29,181 nucleotides of DNA from a virus (taxonomy: Duplodnaviria > Caudoviricetes): IMG/VR virus record IMGVR_UViG_3300036941_000037, positions 1 to 29,181 of that record. One strand, 5' to 3'. Of this stretch, positions 18,821-27,088 are shown in pieces. Made by a program: the position numbers and the translations under genes. Numbering within the stretch: the first letter of the stretch is position 1; each line of letters opens with the position of its first letter. The notes below the pieces were generated by a model. It saw only the letters and a list, made by a program, of their open reading frames with translations, ran no database searches and was not told the DNA's origin.

Positions 18821-21800
18821 AAGCCTCTAGCCTCTACTGTAAGGAGATTCTCTCCAGTTGCACTTGTGATTACTGGATTTATTCCTCTGCCTGTCATTGA
18901 ATAACTCTTTCCTGCTGCTACGCAAAGCATTTCATTATATGCTGGAGTTCTTAGCTGAGTAAGGATATACTCTGAGACATTTACTTCTGTATAAACTAAT
19001 ACTTCCCAGGTCTTTCCATGAGTAAATACTTCTACAACCTCAGCAGCAGAGACTACTTCAACAGCAGTTATGTCTAAGAACTCTGCAATATCCATACCAG
19101 TTAAATATGATCCAACTGATACAGAAGTAAAAGTATTTATTTCTACAAGAATATATCTCTGTATATCTTCAGTGATTCCTACGCTATCTTCTACATATGG
19201 GAGTAGCTGCAACCCACCAGCTGTTACGTCTTCATCTACTGAGGTAGTGTCGTGTATACTTATAAAAGAAAGCAAGTTTCTTTCTACCAACTCAGCAATA
19301 GTAATACTATCAGAAACAGAAACTCCCGCCAGCTGATTCTCAAGCGATAAATACTCATCTGTACTTATAGAATCAAAGATACTTCTTACTAATCCTGAAG
19401 TAACAGCGGTAATTGTTTCATCTACTGTAATTGTACTATAAACTGAAAGACTTATTGTTACAAGTAGAAAGTTTGCATCAACACTTTCGGATATACTTAC
19501 TTCATCATATACCGTAGCTGGGCAGGTGCCAGCAGCAGAGACAATATCTTCGGTAGCATTCACTGTGTCTATTACTGATGCTGTAAGACTAAATGCTAGT
19601 GATATACTTTCTGCAGTACTACACTCGTCATAAGTGGTTACAAAAGACTCAAAGCCTATACCTGTATTTTCAGTAGTACTAACTTCCTCATACTTCTCTA
19701 CAAATGAAGTCATTTCTCTAGTTATCTCTTCTTCCAGAGATACTTCATCATAGATAATTGTGTCTATCTCAAGTCCTATAATACTATCTTCAGTAATAGA
19801 TACTTCATCCTCAGTAGATATAAATGAAACTAAGTTACTTGAAATATTTTCATCTGCTGTGGTTTCATCCTCAGTACTTGCAGATAAATCACTTAGAGCT
19901 GCGGGTGTATAAGACTCTAGTTCTACTGTATCAAAGATACTTATATAAGAAATAAAACCTAAGGAATAACTTTCTTCTGCTTCAATAGTATCAAACACCG
20001 ATAGAGAAAGCGCACCAGATTCTAGTATATCTACTGTAAAGTCTTCACTAATTGTAGCTTCATCAAATACACTTACTACTGCCAAAGCAATAACAGAAGT
20101 AATATCTTCAGTTATATCTACAGAGTCATTAACAACTGAATTTAAATCAACCCTTGATGTTACACTTTCAGTACTTCCTACTGTATCAGATACTGAGATA
20201 AAACTTGACAGCAAGCAACTTACATCTTCAGCTGTGCTTATTGAGCTGTATGTATTAATGCCTATTAAAATAGAGCTGGTAGTACTTTCTGCAACTGTTG
20301 TTGTTTCGTATGTAGATATTTCAAGCCCAAGAGAAATTACTGATGCAGTAATATACTCTGTAATTGTTGCAGTATCATACGTATTTATACCAAGAAATGC
20401 CTGTGCTTCTATATCAGCAGACACACTTTCTGTTATCTCTATTGTGTCATAAGTACTGAATGATGGCTCGGGCGTCCCGGTATAGGCTACCTCAATATAC
20501 TGCTGTGTAACACGGGCAGAAGGTGGTGCAGGAATCGCCGCCACTTCGATATACTGCTGCGTAACACGAGCATTAGGTGGTTCAGGTATCGCAGCCACTT
20601 CAATATACTGCTGCGTGACCCTCGCTGCGGGGATTGCAGCCGTGATGTATTCCGTAACATTAGCGTCAACTACGTCAACCGTCCCCTCTTCGGTAAAATC
20701 CTCGCCCCAATAAGGCGTTTCAAGCGGTAGGATGTATGCCGTGTAAGGCTGATCGTTCCCGACATCGACAGCGGTGAAATCAACCGTGCCGCTTGAATCA
20801 ACCTCCTTGATTTCATCGTTGAAATCTACCCGGACAGCGGCATACGGGGAATCATCAGCATCGTAAATACAGATCCATTCGAGTTCAGGGGCTACTGTAT
20901 CATCTGTCGTCGAAAGTGTAGCCTTGTACCACAGATACTTTCCCGTGAGGTCAGCGGGGAGATCACTAATCGACTCGCCATTGCTCTGCTCGTACCACGT
21001 AGAGGGAGGCGTTGAATCGCTGTCACTTGTGCCGGTTTCGATTTTAAGCGTGGTGTCAGCCGGGGTTGTGGCTTGCCACTTTATCGTTAAGTCATGGCTA
21101 CCTGAGCCAAATGAGCCTACATCGGTTGCTTCTGAAACACGGTTGCCGGAAGATGGATAAAGAGAGCATAGATTATTAATCGTGGCTGAAATCTGGTGCG
21201 AATTTGTGGTGTTATCTGTAGATTGTAAACCATATAAATATCTGTACGATTTGTAGTTGGTTAATTCGAGTGATAGAGTATCTGAAAGAGTTTCTCTCGT
21301 GCTATCGCTATATATATACAAATAGGCATGAGTGGCAGTTCTTGTAAATTTAAAATAGTAGTGACCGAGGGCAAGCGTCGAATAATCCTGACTGTGAACA
21401 CCACCATCAACTTCGTATAATATATATTGTCTGTTCCCGGAACCATCCGTCCTGATTCGTAAACCAAGAGCATACCCACTGGCATCAACCGTGTCTTGAT
21501 AACTTCCGAGCGTATTGGACAAAACACATATAGAACAGTAAGCCCAGGAATCCGAAGCGGTCCAATTTACATCAAAATAGATTTCAAAATTATAATCAAA
21601 ATAATCTACACCAAAATCATCGACAACGTAGGCTGTTTGGTTCCTAGTCTCGAAATTTGATAGTGTTATCGTGTCTGCCGAAACCGAAAACCCGGAGCCG
21701 GTAGTGTCATAATCGGTAAAATCCTGTGGTGGTAGACTGTTTTCTAAGCTAAGTTCATTCGCTGCTGCCTCGACATCCGTCAGCGTACCTGTCTCGAACT

Positions 21801-21888
21801 CCGCAGTCGTGAACTCATCCAGTAGTGCATCACAGCCGAGGACGTTGGATTTGTCATCTTTGACATCGAATGTTACTGTGTAGCTCAT
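18817..21888 (-). CDS. Mosaic fibre/adhesin-like protein (1023 aa): N-terminal beta-rich lectin/Ig-like domains, 3x ARVTQQYIEV, ~24 Ser/Thr/acidic repeats
   Basis: Repeats seen directly in the translation; very acidic, beta-rich composition. Confidence 0.7.
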   Translation of the reverse strand: MSYTVTFDVKDDKSNVLGCDALLDEFTTAEFETGTLTDVEAAANELSLENSLPPQDFTDYDTTGSGFSVSADTITLSNFETRNQTAYVVDDFGVDYFDYNFEIYFDVNWTASDSWAYCSICVLSNTLGSYQDTVDASGYALGLRIRTDGSGNRQYILYEVDGGVHSQDYSTLALGHYYFKFTRTATHAYLYIYSDSTRETLSDTLSLELTNYKSYRYLYGLQSTDNTTNSHQISATINNLCSLYPSSGNRVSEATDVGSFGSGSHDLTIKWQATTPADTTLKIETGTSDSDSTPPSTWYEQSNGESISDLPADLTGKYLWYKATLSTTDDTVAPELEWICIYDADDSPYAAVRVDFNDEIKEVDSSGTVDFTAVDVGNDQPYTAYILPLETPYWGEDFTEEGTVDVVDANVTEYITAAIPAARVTQQYIEVAAIPEPPNARVTQQYIEVAAIPAPPSARVTQQYIEVAYTGTPEPSFSTYDTIEITESVSADIEAQAFLGINTYDTATITEYITASVISLGLEISTYETTTVAESTTSSILIGINTYSSISTAEDVSCLLSSFISVSDTVGSTESVTSRVDLNSVVNDSVDITEDITSVIALAVVSVFDEATISEDFTVDILESGALSLSVFDTIEAEESYSLGFISYISIFDTVELESYTPAALSDLSASTEDETTADENISSNLVSFISTEDEVSITEDSIIGLEIDTIIYDEVSLEEEITREMTSFVEKYEEVSTTENTGIGFESFVTTYDECSTAESISLAFSLTASVIDTVNATEDIVSAAGTCPATVYDEVSISESVDANFLLVTISLSVYSTITVDETITAVTSGLVRSIFDSISTDEYLSLENQLAGVSVSDSITIAELVERNLLSFISIHDTTSVDEDVTAGGLQLLPYVEDSVGITEDIQRYILVEINTFTSVSVGSYLTGMDIAEFLDITAVEVVSAAEVVEVFTHGKTWEVLVYTEVNVSEYILTQLRTPAYNEMLCVAAGKSYSMTGRGINPVITSATGENLLTVEARGL
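18960..20460 (-). repeat. ~24 degenerate 20-24-aa coding repeats, core h-S-h-x-D-[TSE]-h-x-h-x-E-x-h
   Basis: e.g. ISVSDTVGSTESV, VSVFDEATISEDF, ISTEDEVSITEDS, VSVSDSITIAELV, ISIHDTTSVDEDV. Confidence 0.85.
20486..20641 (-). repeat. Three ~54-bp tandem coding repeats (AAIP..ARVTQQYIEV)
   Basis: ATATACTGCTG recurs at 54-bp spacing on the + strand; differences in the core are synonymous. Confidence 0.92.
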
Positions 21889-22901
21889 GCGGAGACCTCG
21901 CCTCCAAAGCTCATGGCGTTAATTTTAGCGACTGTCAAAGCTGTTGCATCAGGGCAAGCGGTCATAATTTCATATTGCCCTTCGGTGACTGCTGCTGGAT
22001 AGTCAAGAGTGAGCGTAAATTCCTCACCATCATAGTCTACTGCGTCCTGCGTGATCCGGTGTTTAAGCTTCCTCAACCCTGCATCAGTCTTTTTAACATT
22101 AGAGACCATTGACAACGCCTTAACCGTAATCCCGCTTGGTACTGTCTCAAGCCCACAGCGCCATTCGTGACCTATGGTATCGCTTTCAATGTAAGACGTA
22201 TCTCCATCATCAGTTTCAAGGAGCGTATAGACATCTGAGCCTGTTGAAAGGGTAAAATCATTTGAAATATCGCTATTTAGAGCGTACTTCCCCCAGACGA
22301 CTTCGCCCTCCCAATCGTCGGAAATAAAGGGATTATCACAATACGCATTGCCACTACTATAAGCACAACCTGCGAATAGACATTGAGTTATATCATCTCC
22401 ACCAGTATTCAAACTGGAATCGCTGTCAAACTCAACCGATACTCCGTCAATTTTCATCCCTATTGTGCCAGCAGACGCATCACTAAAAAGTTTAAATTCT
22501 ATGTGATGTAAACTCGTATTTATTAAGGTGCTTTCTGTTACAGAACTGGCAATTAATGTAGAATCACGGTAAACTTTGATACCGCTAGTGGTGTTAAAAA
22601 CTCGAATGTAACTGCTGCCTATTTTAAAACGGAAGAGGTGCCTATTGACATCTGTACTATAATCATTTGTTGGGAGATTATTATAATGTGCCCCAACACA
22701 TTTTGTTTTAGCTGAAATGCAGTTTACTAAAAAGTAAGGGTGCATATAGGTCCCTTGGGAAAAGTACACACAAGGGCCGTTATCATAACCGCCTGTTGCT
22801 GAATAGCTAACTCGTGCATACCCATCAACCTCATCGAAAAACGCCTGAGCATCTGCCGTCGTCGCACACCCATCAAAACCTGTGCCCCATTCGATAGTCA
22901 T
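21885..22901 (-). CDS. Putative lectin-like (LamG/ConA-type beta-sandwich) virion protein (338 aa)
   Basis: N-terminal hxWxxGFD motif, HHIEFK...GTIGMKIDG...NTG...YCDN pattern, second domain with DGDTSYIES. Confidence 0.5.
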   Translation of the reverse strand: MTIEWGTGFDGCATTADAQAFFDEVDGYARVSYSATGGYDNGPCVYFSQGTYMHPYFLVNCISAKTKCVGAHYNNLPTNDYSTDVNRHLFRFKIGSSYIRVFNTTSGIKVYRDSTLIASSVTESTLINTSLHHIEFKLFSDASAGTIGMKIDGVSVEFDSDSSLNTGGDDITQCLFAGCAYSSGNAYCDNPFISDDWEGEVVWGKYALNSDISNDFTLSTGSDVYTLLETDDGDTSYIESDTIGHEWRCGLETVPSGITVKALSMVSNVKKTDAGLRKLKHRITQDAVDYDGEEFTLTLDYPAAVTEGQYEIMTACPDATALTVAKINAMSFGGEVSA

Positions 22902-22902
22902 C

Positions 22903-23199
22903 TTAAAACTCCGTTATGTTAGCGGCTATCCAGTCACGGGTAGCTGTAACCTGTTCTTGCAAAGCAACGTAGTCGGCAGAAATAGCAGCCAGTTTCTGCT
23001 TATTGACCAGTTCAAGCTCATTCACCCCGTACTCCGCATCGTTCACAGCTTCCAAAAGTTGAGAATACTTCGCCGGGATTTGTGCAAGCTGGTTTGAGTG
23101 TTTCGCCATGATTGCCTTGAGGCGTGTTAAGCCCTCACGGACTTTGCTGACTTCCTCGGCGGCACGATCTAGCTGGACTAAGATTTCTGTGTCTTTCAT
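22903..23199 (-). CDS. Hypothetical coiled-coil protein (98 aa)
   Basis: Helical heptad pattern; TAATG coupling to the upstream gene with AAGGAG RBS. Confidence 0.7.
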   Translation of the reverse strand: MKDTEILVQLDRAAEEVSKVREGLTRLKAIMAKHSNQLAQIPAKYSQLLEAVNDAEYGVNELELVNKQKLAAISADYVALQEQVTATRDWIAANITEF

Positions 23200-24026
23200 T
23201 AATCAGGCTCCTTCTTCATAAACTCATTTTCTTCTCCTCTTGCAGGATACCTAATTCCATCCATATCTATATGCCTGCAAAAGACAGAAGTATCCACTAC
23301 GAAGGGAAATTCTTTTTCTGCGAACTCTTCAAATCCTGCTTTTCTAAGGGCTCCTGTCTCCATAACTCTGGTACACCAAGCCAAGTCTTCCGTTCCTGTA
23401 GAGGTAAACCAGTTTCTTTCTTCTGGTGAAAACCAGACTTTCCTGGGAGTAACAAAGATCTCCCTGACCGCCCGGGGGCCAAGATAGTATTCCTTAGATT
23501 CATGGTACAATACCTCCAGAAGTTTAACAGATATAAGCGTGCACCCCATAGGAACGCCGTCAACTTCAACAAGATCCCCCATTTTCCAGTCCGCATAATA
23601 ACCATTTCCTCTCCCGCGATAAATAAGTGGTTCCGATGGAACAGACTTTGTAAAGTACAATCCACTCCATACAGGATACTCTTTCTTAATCATGAGTTGA
23701 TTTATCTTAATTAGCGTCGCCGGAGGAAGTACTACATCATGATCAATAAAGAATACCCACTCAAACCCTTGCTCCACCGCTGCACTTGCAATAAAATTCC
23801 TTGCATCCGCCACTCCGAAGTCAATGGGGCTATACTGACTCAGCCATTGAATCGCCTCCACCTGACTCCAGTTACACGGAATTACCTGCGAGTACCTCGC
23901 CAGTACCCACTCAGACCGCAGTAATCCCGTCATAGGAATCCCTACCATTACTCTTTTATAAGCCTTCCCAACTGGATTCCTGTACTGTGAACAATCCTCC
24001 CGATAACCTTCCAGTTCTTCACTCAT
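23199..24026 (-). CDS. GT-A fold (GT2-like) glycosyltransferase (275 aa)
   Basis: VMVGIP start strand, ARN, hhhhDHD (DxD), GMG-like VPMGCTLI, and TEDLAWC acceptor-base motif. Confidence 0.85.
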   Translation of the reverse strand: MSEELEGYREDCSQYRNPVGKAYKRVMVGIPMTGLLRSEWVLARYSQVIPCNWSQVEAIQWLSQYSPIDFGVADARNFIASAAVEQGFEWVFFIDHDVVLPPATLIKINQLMIKKEYPVWSGLYFTKSVPSEPLIYRGRGNGYYADWKMGDLVEVDGVPMGCTLISVKLLEVLYHESKEYYLGPRAVREIFVTPRKVWFSPEERNWFTSTGTEDLAWCTRVMETGALRKAGFEEFAEKEFPFVVDTSVFCRHIDMDGIRYPARGEENEFMKKEPD

Positions 24027-24589
24027 CCTATTGCCTCCTTTGATTTAACAGTCTCTGCCACAGAGATTCCCAGTGTTTCTCCGGCCTTACCAGCCTCTTC
24101 TTCTGCTTCCCTCTTAGCTTCATCTATCAGCTTTTCAGCATCCACCACTTTTTCCAGCAGCACTTCCATATTACCATTCGCCTGCCAGATAGGAAAACCT
24201 TTATTAATTCTCCACGGCTTTGGTTTATAAATAAAGTACAATGGATACCTTGGATCAAAGTACTGCCAGGTTGCTTCATTCCAGCCATTACAATGCGTCG
24301 GGTCTTGCCAGAAGCCTCTACTCCCAGGATACGGTGTAGCCACTGCAAAGACGGCGCCGGGAGCAAGAACCCTCCAAACCTCATCCATGAAGGGAATTGA
24401 AAACCACGGCTTAATATGCTCCACTACATGACTGGCCACCGCCACCATTACACAGTTGTCTTCAACTGGCCACGGGAACTCCTCCAGATCATGCACAATA
24501 TCCACTCCCGGAAGTTCCCTACAGTCCATTCCAATAAACCCTTCCTGCTTATTCATTCCACAGCCGATGTCTAGTTTTATTACCTCCAT
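24023..24589 (-). CDS. Class I SAM-dependent methyltransferase (~188 aa) with C-terminal helical linker and repeat tag
   Basis: KLDIGCG motif I, SHVVEH, EVWRVLAPG, DPTH. ATG 24589 with GGAGG RBS. Confidence 0.88.
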   Translation of the reverse strand: MEVIKLDIGCGMNKQEGFIGMDCRELPGVDIVHDLEEFPWPVEDNCVMVAVASHVVEHIKPWFSIPFMDEVWRVLAPGAVFAVATPYPGSRGFWQDPTHCNGWNEATWQYFDPRYPLYFIYKPKPWRINKGFPIWQANGNMEVLLEKVVDAEKLIDEAKREAEEEAGKAGETLGISVAETVKSKEAIG

Positions 24590-24618
24590 TTGCCTTTCTC
24601 CTCCCTCATTGATTGTTT

Positions 24619-24650
24619 CAAGAAACGTCAATTATTGACACGATTACTGA
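24619..24650 (+). promoter_or_regulatory. Dispersed ~32-bp element, copy 4 (CAAGAAACGTCAATTATTGACACGATTACTGA)
   Basis: Abuts the stop codon at 24651. Confidence 0.8.
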
Positions 24651-25253
24651 CTATTCTAATTCTCCCTGCTTCATTAGCCAATTAAAGTAGTCTTTATATG
24701 ACTTCATGTCGTAAATACCCTTTTTGTATCCAAGCATATGTTGTGGTACTCTGTTGTTTATATCTGATAACTCTGACCTTACCAGTTCTTCTGCCTCTTC
24801 CAGGCTAACGCCATGTTCTTTAATGTAGTAGTCTACTAGATTCTTCTTTGTAAGAGTATTTGGATCTTCAAGAGCTTTTTGTCCTTTTACATACCACTTT
24901 ATTTTCGGATGTTCTTTCTTAAGTCTGTTAATAGTTCCTAATGCTTCCTCTGCTCCAATATCTGTGTATTGACTTAAGTCAACTGTTACTTTACTTGGTA
25001 ATGCTGTGTTTGCAGATTCATAAAATTTATTATGCTCAATAAATCTCCCAGGTCTTGCTGATGGTACATCAAGTAATACTGGATACTCCTTCGCCCATTC
25101 TTTATTGGGAGTTATATCCAATGCTGATCCACGACGTAATCCTTTCTTGAGAATACCATCTAAGTTCTCTACAAAGGTTCCGTGAGTAGGAACAGCTTTT
25201 GTTGCTGTTTTTGCAGCTTTAGTAAGTCCTCTTATAATAGGAGCCATTACCAT
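24651..25253 (-). CDS. Putative ADP-ribosyltransferase-fold protein (200 aa)
   Basis: THGTFVENLDGILKKGL matches the HGT...L..IL..GL start of ART-fold domains (PARP/Tpt1-like). Later WA..Y.VLL.V and a candidate catalytic Glu (FYE). Confidence 0.5.
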   Translation of the reverse strand: MVMAPIIRGLTKAAKTATKAVPTHGTFVENLDGILKKGLRRGSALDITPNKEWAKEYPVLLDVPSARPGRFIEHNKFYESANTALPSKVTVDLSQYTDIGAEEALGTINRLKKEHPKIKWYVKGQKALEDPNTLTKKNLVDYYIKEHGVSLEEAEELVRSELSDINNRVPQHMLGYKKGIYDMKSYKDYFNWLMKQGELE

Positions 25254-25417
25254 TACTGACCACCGGGTGATGCTACTTTCTTTTTCTTCTTCTTGCGGGA
25301 TTTCCCCGCTTTCCTGAAGGCCGCCGCCCAGGCTTGATTGCGCGGGTGCCCTGAGCGCATCATTTCAAGAGCGTTTTTTAAAATTGTTTTCTTTGAGCTT
25401 CCTGCTTTTAGGGGCAT
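25253..25417 (-). CDS. Small basic protein (54 aa; MPLKAGSSKKTILKNALEMMRSGHPRNQAWAAAFRKAGKSRKKKKKKVASPGGQ)
   Basis: Manually translated; its TAA overlaps the next ATG. Resembles the small MPLKxGxSxKTIxxN...QAxA proteins common near phage terminase genes. Below the ORF-track cutoff. Confidence 0.75.
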   Translation of the reverse strand: MPLKAGSSKKTILKNALEMMRSGHPRNQAWAAAFRKAGKSRKKKKKKVASPGGQ

Positions 25418-25429
25418 AGAGTGCCTATA

Positions 25430-25466
25430 AATTGAAAGTGGGAGTCAGGTATTTCACTGACTCCCA
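25430..25466 (-). terminator. Hairpin, possible weak intrinsic terminator or mRNA-stabilising stem
   Basis: TGGGAGTCAG-8 nt-CTGACTCCCA perfect 10-bp stem followed on the - strand by CTTTCAATTT. Confidence 0.55.
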
Positions 25467-25473
25467 ATTGAGA

Positions 25474-25959
25474 TTAACTAAACCTAATCTGATAAGTTAC
25501 GTTTACATTCTGGTTTGTATCGCAGGAACTGGAAGCAAAAGTATTTCCTGCGAAGAGAGTGTCATCAGTCTGTGTGGAGTAGAACAGACCAATGTTGCTA
25601 AGGTTAGAAGCGCCGGAGAGGAAGCTATCAGAGCTTGCAAAGGTTGCAGTGAACTGCGCTGTATTACTATTTACGTTTGCAAAGGTAACTGCCCCGCGCT
25701 TAGTAGACTCCATAATTTCCCCAGGGAGAACTACTCCATCAGAAGCAGGAGCACTACCAGTACCAAGTGCAACATATCCAACCTGGACGCTTCCGGAGGA
25801 ACCACCCAACAGTTTCACCAGGTAATTCAAGAAACCGAGGTTAGTAATCTGATTGGGGCCAACAAAACCAGAGTCCCCAACAATCTTTCCATCTTGCTCA
25901 ATCTGGACACGAGAAAAACCGTGAATCTGGATTCCTTCTTTAGTATTCTTTTCAGACAT
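25474..25959 (-). CDS. Fibre-subunit-like virion protein (~161 aa), similar to tail-collar/fibre N-terminal domains
   Basis: NQITNLG...YVALGTG...LPGE...R...TATF...LSNIGLF...LFA...F...VNVTYQIRFS pattern. ATG 25959 with AAGGAGG RBS. Confidence 0.6.
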   Translation of the reverse strand: MSEKNTKEGIQIHGFSRVQIEQDGKIVGDSGFVGPNQITNLGFLNYLVKLLGGSSGSVQVGYVALGTGSAPASDGVVLPGEIMESTKRGAVTFANVNSNTAQFTATFASSDSFLSGASNLSNIGLFYSTQTDDTLFAGNTFASSSCDTNQNVNVTYQIRFS

Positions 25960-26059
25960 TTCAAATCCCTCCTTAAAGGATTGTATTTTAGGGTAGGGTG
26001 AGTAGCTGACGGCTACCACTCACCCAGGAAGTACTGCTCGGGGAGGCACCAAGCAGTAG

Positions 26060-26728
26060 TTATAACTCAGGCAGTTCGTCCAGAGGGAATGGACGGCGGA
26101 GCGGTGTCCGCTTGCTGCCTGTGCTGGCTAAGCCATCATTGGTATTTTCACCAGCATTTCCGGGCCGGGGCGCAGGCACAGAAGCGGGTTTCTCCTTCAA
26201 ATCCTCCATCAAACTACCAAGTTCTTCGAAGTCATCTTCATCGGTATCTTCTTCATTCTCAGAATAGAATTTATTAAACTCTTCCTGACTAACGCCCCGC
26301 TCCGTAAGTTCAGCTTCAATAACTTCACCAGTTGTTGTTCCAGTATTACTTTCTCTTGCTTCTTCTTTTTCAAGATGCATGAGATAACCAACAAGTCCTT
26401 TGATTTCACTCGGTTTGCCGTCGGCAACAAGTTCCTTATCCTTGAAAATCTTAAAGGCCGCCGCAAGTTCCCGCAATGATGCCTGTGCAATCTTATCAGG
26501 AGTCACGGCGTCAAGTATCTGAGCTTCCAACTCAGTTAGTTCTAACGTTTGCAGTGCTCTGTACTGCAGTATTTCGCCTTCTTTTTGCTTGAGTTCTGTG
26601 ATTCTCTTGGAAAGGGTGGGAGGAGTGACTCCAAGTTCTCGGGCAATATCTGTCCTATTAACCCCATCAGCTAATAAGTCAGACAGAATCTCGGTGTCTA
26701 CTTCGCTCTTAGGTCGTCCCGAGGGCAT
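26060..26728 (-). CDS. HTH protein, probable terminase small subunit (222 aa)
   Basis: GRP start, HTH (RTDIARELGVTPPTLSKRI), helical middle, disordered tail; first gene of the late operon; AGGAGG RBS. Confidence 0.6.
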   Translation of the reverse strand: MPSGRPKSEVDTEILSDLLADGVNRTDIARELGVTPPTLSKRITELKQKEGEILQYRALQTLELTELEAQILDAVTPDKIAQASLRELAAAFKIFKDKELVADGKPSEIKGLVGYLMHLEKEEARESNTGTTTGEVIEAELTERGVSQEEFNKFYSENEEDTDEDDFEELGSLMEDLKEKPASVPAPRPGNAGENTNDGLASTGSKRTPLRRPFPLDELPEL

Positions 26729-26750
26729 ATGAACCTCCTATCATGGTTCC

Positions 26751-26779
26751 AGGATAGCATAGAAGATACCAGATGTCAA
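26751..26779 (-). promoter_or_regulatory. Sigma70-type promoter of the structural operon
   Basis: TTGACA-17 bp-TATCCT with TGn extension, ~22 nt upstream of the 26728 ATG. Confidence 0.75.
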
Positions 26780-26899
26780 GGGAAAAGTTACTCTCTTAGA
26801 AGTGGGCGGGCGGGAGGGCCAATGCTCCCTACCGCAGAATACTGACAATAATAAAGATACCCTTCTCATCTCAGTAGTATTTAACTAGGCCTGCTCATC

Positions 26900-27074
26900 C
26901 TCCCGCCAACTGCTTTAGTTGAGCTACATTACCTCTTCATTGAGCCACGCTACTTTATACTCCCGCCAACTGCCTTACTTACAAGCACAAGCACAAGCAC
27001 AAGTACAAGTACAAGTACAAGTACAAGTACAAGTACATCCACCTAAATGGGCTTATAAGTCCTCCCGCCAACTG
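26900..27074 (+). repeat. Three direct copies of CTCCCGCCAACTG (26900, 26960, 27062)
   Basis: Exact 13-bp matches; a partial inverted copy (GGCGGGAGG) lies near 26810. Confidence 0.85.
26981..27037 (+). repeat. Hexamer microsatellite (ACAAGC)3(ACAAGT)6ACA
   Basis: Read directly from the sequence. Confidence 0.95.
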
Positions 27075-27088
27075 GAACACCCCGTGTT

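Noticed and set aside
20486-20641. Diversity-generating retroelement TR/VR pair
   Set aside because: The copies are tandem and in-frame, differences are not adenine-specific, and no reverse transcriptase is in the window.
11970-24631. Track TTG starts MTWILK (12002), MTFLENE (16913) and MTFLETI (24631)
   Set aside because: All derive from the TTGAC of the dispersed element; downstream ATGs have proper RBSs.
344-26277. Many short + strand ORFs and alternate-frame - strand ORFs in the track
   Set aside because: They are shadows of long, motif-bearing - strand genes, with no recognisable domains.
26900-27074. Possible CRISPR mini-array
   Set aside because: Repeats are only 13 bp, spacers are unequal (47 and 89 nt, one a microsatellite), and no cas genes are present.
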